Below, in pieces: positions 6,608-10,389 of a DNA stretch of 10,389 nucleotides. The DNA is taken from positions 1 through 10,389 of the forward strand of contig NZ_JAYKGW010000251.1 in assembly GCF_035285525.1 (NCBI RefSeq), given 5' to 3'. The notes under the pieces were generated by a model, which saw only the letters and a program-made list of their open reading frames with translations, was not told where the DNA came from and did not search any database. Origin of the DNA: Okeania sp. Lineage in GTDB: Bacteria; Cyanobacteriota; Cyanobacteriia; Cyanobacteriales; Microcoleaceae. Every line of letters begins with the position of its first letter. The first letter of the stretch is position 1. Made by a program: the position numbers and the translations under genes.

Positions 6608-6676
6608 GGTAATGGGGGGGTGGGTTTATGAGATTTATGGTTGAGTATTTTATTCTCTAGATTAACCCACCCCTAC
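6608..6676 (+). repeat. Hairpin family A, copy 2 (69 bp)
   Basis: Same as copy 1 except for a G7 rather than G8 run and two loop substitutions. Confidence 0.9.
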
Positions 6677-7084
6677 AAATCAAGTTAATTATTATTAATA
6701 AAATATAGAGGTAATTTTTTAATTAATCATTATTTCCGTGTAACTACATAAGTAATTATGACTATATTTTAAGAGGACTAAAACTTTACTGAAACTTCAT
6801 ATAAAACTATAGACATCTGATTAAAACCCGTTTATGATGTAGTTAAGCTAAAGAAAAGAAACTTAAACTAACTGGCAAATAATATCAAACCTAATATTAA
6901 GTGCATCCTTATATAAAAGAGTCAACAAGAATTATAAGTTTGAGTGATTTAAAACACACATAATATCTTATTGCTCTTCGGTAAATAAATTTAATAGAAA
7001 AATTTCCAATTCACCAGTCATTTATAAAGTTTTTCGGCCTAGCTAACTTTTATTAGACGTAAATCAAAATTAAGGAAAAAAATC

Positions 7085-8092
7085 ATGACAGGATTAGTTA
7101 AGAAATTTTTAGCAAGCGCTTCTGTTATTGTTGGTATGAGTGCAGTTATTGGCGCTCCAGCAATGGCGGCTAAATTTACTGTTTCTGGGGATGACTATAA
7201 TGTGTATGACAGTTATAACCGTTTTGGAAAAGCTCAAGAAGATACTACTTTCAAAGTATCTCAAAAACAGGTGAATAATTTTGGTGGCATAAATAAGGTC
7301 ATAGATTACATTTTAGCAGGAGACAGCGGCACACCAGGTGCAAATATTGAATTAGGTCAATCAGAAGGTAATAATTCCATAGTTAAAATCAACTTTCAAA
7401 CTGAAAGTGGTAAGAACGTTACAATCAGCAATGATATTAAATGGACTGAAGAGCTTTCTAGAAATTGGTTTTCTGGAATTTGGGAGCAGGTACAACAAGC
7501 AACAATAGAATCTAAGAAGGAGGCTTTTGCAGAATCCTATGCAATAAGATATGTGGAATCTACTAGCGATCCAAATTACAATGTCCGCAAGCAGCAAGGA
7601 AAACAAATTTTTGAGACTTCTTACAGAAAACTGTACGAGAATTATGAACAGGCATTGAGTAGTTTGATAGGGCTTTCATCCGATGATGCTTATGATAAGC
7701 TGGGTGGCTGGGTAGACGATATCCTCGCGATGGCTACTGACCCTAACATCTCCTACATATATGAAGATGCAGGGAGTCTTACAGTTGGTTTAGCAGGTCA
7801 CTACAATTTAGCTGACCGAATAGCAGGAGGGCTAGCCGAAAAACGCGATTTATTAGCATTCTTGTTAGAAGGTGTTCAAGGTAGTGAGATCTTTGCATAT
7901 AACATTGATGGAAAGACTGGTTATGGTTGGAGTAATTCTGCTACTTATTCTGGATTAAAGGAGAAAAGTGATGGTTTTTCCCATAGTGGTAATTATGAAG
8001 TTACCATCGATGTACCTGAGCCTTCTACTATATTAGGTCTAATTGCTATTGGTAGTTTAGTTGTTGCAACTAAGCGTAAGTCTGCAAAGTAA
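7085..8092 (+). CDS. Secreted PEP-CTERM sorting-domain protein; passenger domain of unknown function
   Basis: 335-aa ORF with AAGGA 8 nt upstream of the ATG. The N-terminal signal peptide is MTGLVKKFLASASVIVGMSAVIGAPAMA. The C-terminus VPEPSTILGLIAIGSLVVATKRKSAK has PEP, a hydrophobic helix and a basic tail, which is the canonical PEP-CTERM architecture. Confidence 0.88.
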   Translation: MTGLVKKFLASASVIVGMSAVIGAPAMAAKFTVSGDDYNVYDSYNRFGKAQEDTTFKVSQKQVNNFGGINKVIDYILAGDSGTPGANIELGQSEGNNSIVKINFQTESGKNVTISNDIKWTEELSRNWFSGIWEQVQQATIESKKEAFAESYAIRYVESTSDPNYNVRKQQGKQIFETSYRKLYENYEQALSSLIGLSSDDAYDKLGGWVDDILAMATDPNISYIYEDAGSLTVGLAGHYNLADRIAGGLAEKRDLLAFLLEGVQGSEIFAYNIDGKTGYGWSNSATYSGLKEKSDGFSHSGNYEVTIDVPEPSTILGLIAIGSLVVATKRKSAK

Positions 8093-8178
8093 AATTTTTG
8101 AAAAGTAAAGTATAATTTTAGAAAACTATTAACTGAAACAGTTTTTCTATTTATTAATCAGTATGAAATTATGGAATA

Positions 8179-8207
8179 GGGAGTCAACTAGACTTCCTTA
8201 TTTTTTT
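8179..8207 (+). terminator. Rho-independent terminator candidate for the PEP-CTERM gene
   Basis: Stem GGGAGTC (8179-8185) / GACTTCC (8191-8197) has 7 bp including one G-U pair. The loop is AACTA and it is followed by TTATTTTTTT. Confidence 0.6.
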
Positions 8208-8230
8208 GTTTTGTTCTCTTGGTATATTTT

Positions 8231-8332
8231 ATAGCAATGAGCGCTCAGGTATTTACAAAGCCCAGATCAAAGTACATTCTAGATAAGGTGTACAAAAAAT
8301 AATGTGTAAATATTAAGTGCGCTCATTACTAT
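8231..8332. other. Imperfect hairpin of about 100 nt between two terminators. It is either a candidate structured small RNA or a decayed inverted-repeat element.
   Basis: The outer stem ATAGCAATGAGCGC (8231-8244) / GCGCTCATTACTAT (8319-8332) matches 13 of 14. The inner stem TATTTACA (8250-8257) / TGTAAATA (8305-8312) is perfect. The apical stem is GTACA (8272-8276) / TGTAC (8289-8293). Confidence 0.5.
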
Positions 8333-8339
8333 AAGTCCT

Positions 8340-8375
8340 AAAAATAAAAAAACCTCTTATCTCAGAGGTTTTTTT
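8340..8375. terminator. Bidirectional rho-independent terminator between convergent genes
   Basis: Stem AACCTCT (8351-8357) / AGAGGTT (8364-8370) with loop TATCTC. An A-rich tract AAAAATAAAAA lies upstream and TTTTT lies downstream, so a U-tract follows the hairpin on either strand. It sits 67 nt past the stop of the minus-strand 8442 gene. Confidence 0.75.
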
Positions 8376-8441
8376 GGCTAATGATATAGTTCAGATTTAA
8401 CTTATTAAACAAGAAGAGATTTTTCTGAGGCAAAACGTTGA

Positions 8442-8918
8442 TTAATCACCATAAACCTTACAATCACTTGTGATTTCCACATATTCTAAAGCTTTATAAT
8501 AGTCGTCAGGATAACCATTTTTTAAACATATTGCTGCTTCTATAGCTGGGTCAGGATTACCCATTAAAAAAGTAGTTAATCTGCTTGCCGCTTGTTGGGG
8601 ACTGTTAGCAACACATACTTTAGCAGAATCCGATAATGCCAGAGCAGCAGCAACTGGGTCTGTTATTTTACACCAAGACTTCTGTCCTTCTGATACTGAT
8701 ACTTCTTTAGGATCCTTCAATAAATCTACAACATCTGGTACATCCGGATATTCAAGTTTTAGTTCTTCGTATGTTGGAAATGAAGGTTCTGTAGTTTCTG
8801 GAAATACAGATTCTTCGTTTGATTCTTCTTTAGGGGTAAACATTCCGGCTCCAGCATTTGAGGTAAAGCCTAAATTCAAAACTAGGGTAGAAGCTATAGC
8901 TATTAGTAACTTTTTCAT
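8442..8918 (-). CDS. Small secreted hypothetical protein with four cysteines
   Basis: The ORF-track start at 8942 is a TTG codon. The first ATG (8918) gives MKKLLIAIASTLVLNLGFTSNAGA, a canonical signal peptide. An acidic, Pro-rich linker follows, then a C-terminal domain with 4 Cys. I recognise no family. Confidence 0.7.
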   Translation of the reverse strand: MKKLLIAIASTLVLNLGFTSNAGAGMFTPKEESNEESVFPETTEPSFPTYEELKLEYPDVPDVVDLLKDPKEVSVSEGQKSWCKITDPVAAALALSDSAKVCVANSPQQAASRLTTFLMGNPDPAIEAAICLKNGYPDDYYKALEYVEITSDCKVYGD

Positions 8919-9386
8919 AGGTTTTTTTGTGGTTATTTTCAAAATTTAAGATTGACAAGTAAATTATTACCCATGGAAACCTATGGAATTAGGTTTACTC
9001 ATTAACTTAATCTTTAAGATGATTCTTGGCAGTTTTAATTGCTGCAACTGGAAAATTATTTTAGTTAGTAGTCTAGTAATGTATTATAAGCACAAAAAAA
9101 GAGGAGCGTCAATTAGAGTAAGCACGGAATTATTTATGAAGTTATTTTAAAGTTTTAGAAATGGTAGGCAAATTAATAAGGCTATGATAAATTGTCGCTC
9201 TAAAATTAGTTTTTTGAGTGACTAAAAAAATATACTTTGGTATTGCCTCTAATTTTATTATAGGTACTGAAAATTATTGTTCTATAATAAATTTTTAGCT
9301 TGGCGATCGCTAACCAAACTTTATCTATTAGGTTAAAGTTAAAAACAGGATAAAATTATGGACAACTAAGCTATTAAATTTAAACT

Positions 9387-10145
9387 ATGAAGGGAAGTAA
9401 TATTAGTCCAGTACCAGCTTTAGCAGCTAAGTTTATGAAATTAGCTGGCATTATCATGGTACTTTTCACAATTATCAATTCTGTTTTACTATTCTTTCCT
9501 CCAAATCTTGGGGATGTAAGCTGGCAACTCAGTTTCACGAGACAGATAATTGAACAAGGTGTTTTACCAATTATAGGAATAGCTCTCATGTTTTGTGGTT
9601 ATGCTTTTGAAGAGATTATTGGTATTGCTCCAGCACAAACAAAAGTAAGTTGGAATAGCTTAAAGTTCTGGATTTACTTACTATCTTTCTTTTTCGGGAT
9701 TATGTTTTTGCTATTAATTCCTTTACACATTAACACTGAAGTAATGAGAAGTAATCAAAATGTTGAGAGGCTAAATGAGGAAGCTGTTATTGCTCAAAAA
9801 CAATTAGAAGAACGTCTAGGTGAAAGACAAAGTTCACTGGATAGTTTACTGAAAAATAATCAGAAATTAGAAGAATATATTAGTAGGGAACAACTTAGTG
9901 AAGAGCAAATAGCTGAGTTAGAAAGGTTAAAAAATAATCCAGATGCTTTAAAAGTAAGAACAGAAGAAATTAGGAAGCAATTGATAAAGCAATTAGAGCA
10001 AAATACACAAAGAGCGCTACAAAATACGCAGCTTGCAGCAGTTAAGTCTACTGTGAGAATAGGTTTAACAAGTTTATTATTAGCAAGTTGTTATTTAACT
10101 ATTGGTTGGAGTGGGTTTACGGGTAAACCGAGAAGAGTTCGCTAA
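9387..10145 (+). CDS. Integral membrane protein with three N-terminal TM helices, a coiled coil of about 95 aa and a C-terminal TM helix. It may belong to the cyanobacterial HpsJ family.
   Basis: 252-aa ORF. Hydrophobic segments lie at about residues 18-37, 57-73, 92-113 and 222-240. The region at residues 120-215 has a heptad-like charged pattern rich in E, K, Q and L. The HpsJ resemblance is from memory of that family's N-terminal pattern and is unverified. Confidence 0.8.
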   Translation: MKGSNISPVPALAAKFMKLAGIIMVLFTIINSVLLFFPPNLGDVSWQLSFTRQIIEQGVLPIIGIALMFCGYAFEEIIGIAPAQTKVSWNSLKFWIYLLSFFFGIMFLLLIPLHINTEVMRSNQNVERLNEEAVIAQKQLEERLGERQSSLDSLLKNNQKLEEYISREQLSEEQIAELERLKNNPDALKVRTEEIRKQLIKQLEQNTQRALQNTQLAAVKSTVRIGLTSLLLASCYLTIGWSGFTGKPRRVR

Positions 10146-10157
10146 TTCAAAATAATT

Positions 10158-10216
10158 GTCGGGGCAGGTTTGGGTATTGATTTTGATATTGGTAATTAAG
10201 TTAACTAAACCTGTTG
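10158..10216 (+). repeat. Hairpin family B, degenerate copy starting 13 nt after the stop of the 252-aa ORF
   Basis: GTCGGGGCAGGTTT ... AAACCTGTTG. The right arm is decayed (CC to TT). The loop keeps TTGATTTTGATATTGGTAAT. Confidence 0.75.
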
Positions 10217-10268
10217 TTAATCTATAAATAAATATTGTGCAATTTAATTTAATTTTTTAGGAATTTTT

Positions 10269-10337
10269 GGTAATGGGGGGTGGGTTGATTTAGCTTATTT
10301 TTAAGTATCATAATTTTCTGGAGAAACCCACCCCTAC
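10269..10337 (+). repeat. Hairpin family A, copy 3 (divergent loop)
   Basis: GGTAATGGGGGGTGGGTT ... AAACCCACCCCTAC. The arms are conserved. The loop differs from copies 1 and 2 except near its right end (ATTTTCTGGAGA versus ATTTTCTAGATT). Confidence 0.85.
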
Positions 10338-10360
10338 GGATTAATTTTTATGGAATTTAT

Positions 10361-10389
10361 GGTAATAGGGGATGAGTTGATTTAGCTTA
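10361..10389 (+). repeat. Hairpin family A, copy 4, degenerate left arm, truncated by the window end
   Basis: GGTAATAGGGGATGAGTTGATTTAGCTTA parallels 10269-10297 (GGTAATGGGGGGTGGGTTGATTTAGCTTA). Confidence 0.7.

Noticed and set aside
6341-6676. CRISPR-like reading of the regularly spaced GC-rich motifs
   Set aside because: The motifs occur as inverted pairs (hairpin arms), and the intervening sequences are themselves repeated between copies. This is a dispersed hairpin-repeat cluster, not repeat-spacer architecture.
6720-6780. NtcA-type GTA-N8-TAC sites upstream of the PEP-CTERM gene and in the other spacers
   Set aside because: Only partial matches turned up (GTAATTATGACTAT has TAT instead of TAC). 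There is no properly spaced -10, so I make no call.
7361-7606. 81-aa minus-strand ORF antisense to the PEP-CTERM gene
   Set aside because: It is a shadow ORF rich in Leu, Cys and Phe from AT-rich antisense sequence, with no start context.
8940-8942. The ORF-track start of the 166-aa protein
   Set aside because: The codon is TTG. The ATG eight codons downstream (8918) gives a canonical signal peptide with an n-region, so I report the shorter CDS and keep the longer one as an alternative.
9019-9150. 43-codon plus-strand ORF (MILGSFNCCNWKIILVSSLVMYYKHKKRGASIRVSTELFMKLF) in the divergent spacer, possibly a small membrane peptide
   Set aside because: It has no RBS and sits in AT-rich intergenic DNA where ORFs of this size arise by chance. 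I cannot assess conservation, so it needs ribosome profiling before any call.
9283-9288. A perfect TATAAT hexamer about 100 bp upstream of the 252-aa ORF, considered as its promoter
   Set aside because: No usable -35 lies at 16-18 bp (ATAGGT / TATAGG), and TATAAT occurs easily by chance in DNA this AT-rich. It is plausible but not supportable from sequence alone.
9380-9589. 69-aa minus-strand ORF overlapping the start of the 252-aa gene
   Set aside because: It is antisense to a longer ORF that has a coherent TM and coiled-coil architecture.

Overview
This looks like a chromosomal segment from a filamentous, heterocyst-forming-type (Nostocales-like) cyanobacterium. The evidence is six HIP1 octamers (GCGATCGC at 3597, 4387, 5241, 5628, 5949 and 9303), many heptamer STRR-like arrays, AT-rich DNA, and cyanobacterial-type hemA and glpX. 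I support seven CDS. Four are housekeeping: hemA (-), glpX, the dual FBP/SBPase (-), a thioredoxin (+), and a class I PLP aminotransferase (+). Three are orphan envelope or secreted proteins: a PEP-CTERM protein (+), a small four-Cys secreted protein (-), and a 4-TM coiled-coil membrane protein (+). From the ORF-track lengths, about 41% of the window is non-coding. That space holds at least six repeat families: (1) a 76-bp tandem array cut by the 5' window edge; (2) AGCATTC/GAATGCT inverted repeats; (3) heptamer and octamer micro-arrays that abut or enter gene ends; (4) a hairpin element of about 80-110 bp, present in two copies; (5) a MITE-like element of about 200 bp whose two direct copies bracket the thioredoxin gene; (6) two related GC-stem hairpin families (GGGGTGGGTT/AACCCACCCC and GGGGCAGGTTT/AAACCTGCCCC) clustered on both sides of the three orphan envelope genes. 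I found no rRNA, tRNA, CRISPR array, transposase, integrase or recognisable defence gene. The most notable items are the 76-bp array, the MITE-bracketed thioredoxin, the compensatory arm changes between the two hairpin families, the repeat-bracketed envelope gene cluster with its PEP-CTERM protein, and a terminator-flanked long hairpin that could be a small RNA. All functional readings of the repeats are hypotheses. I could run no search or folding calculation.
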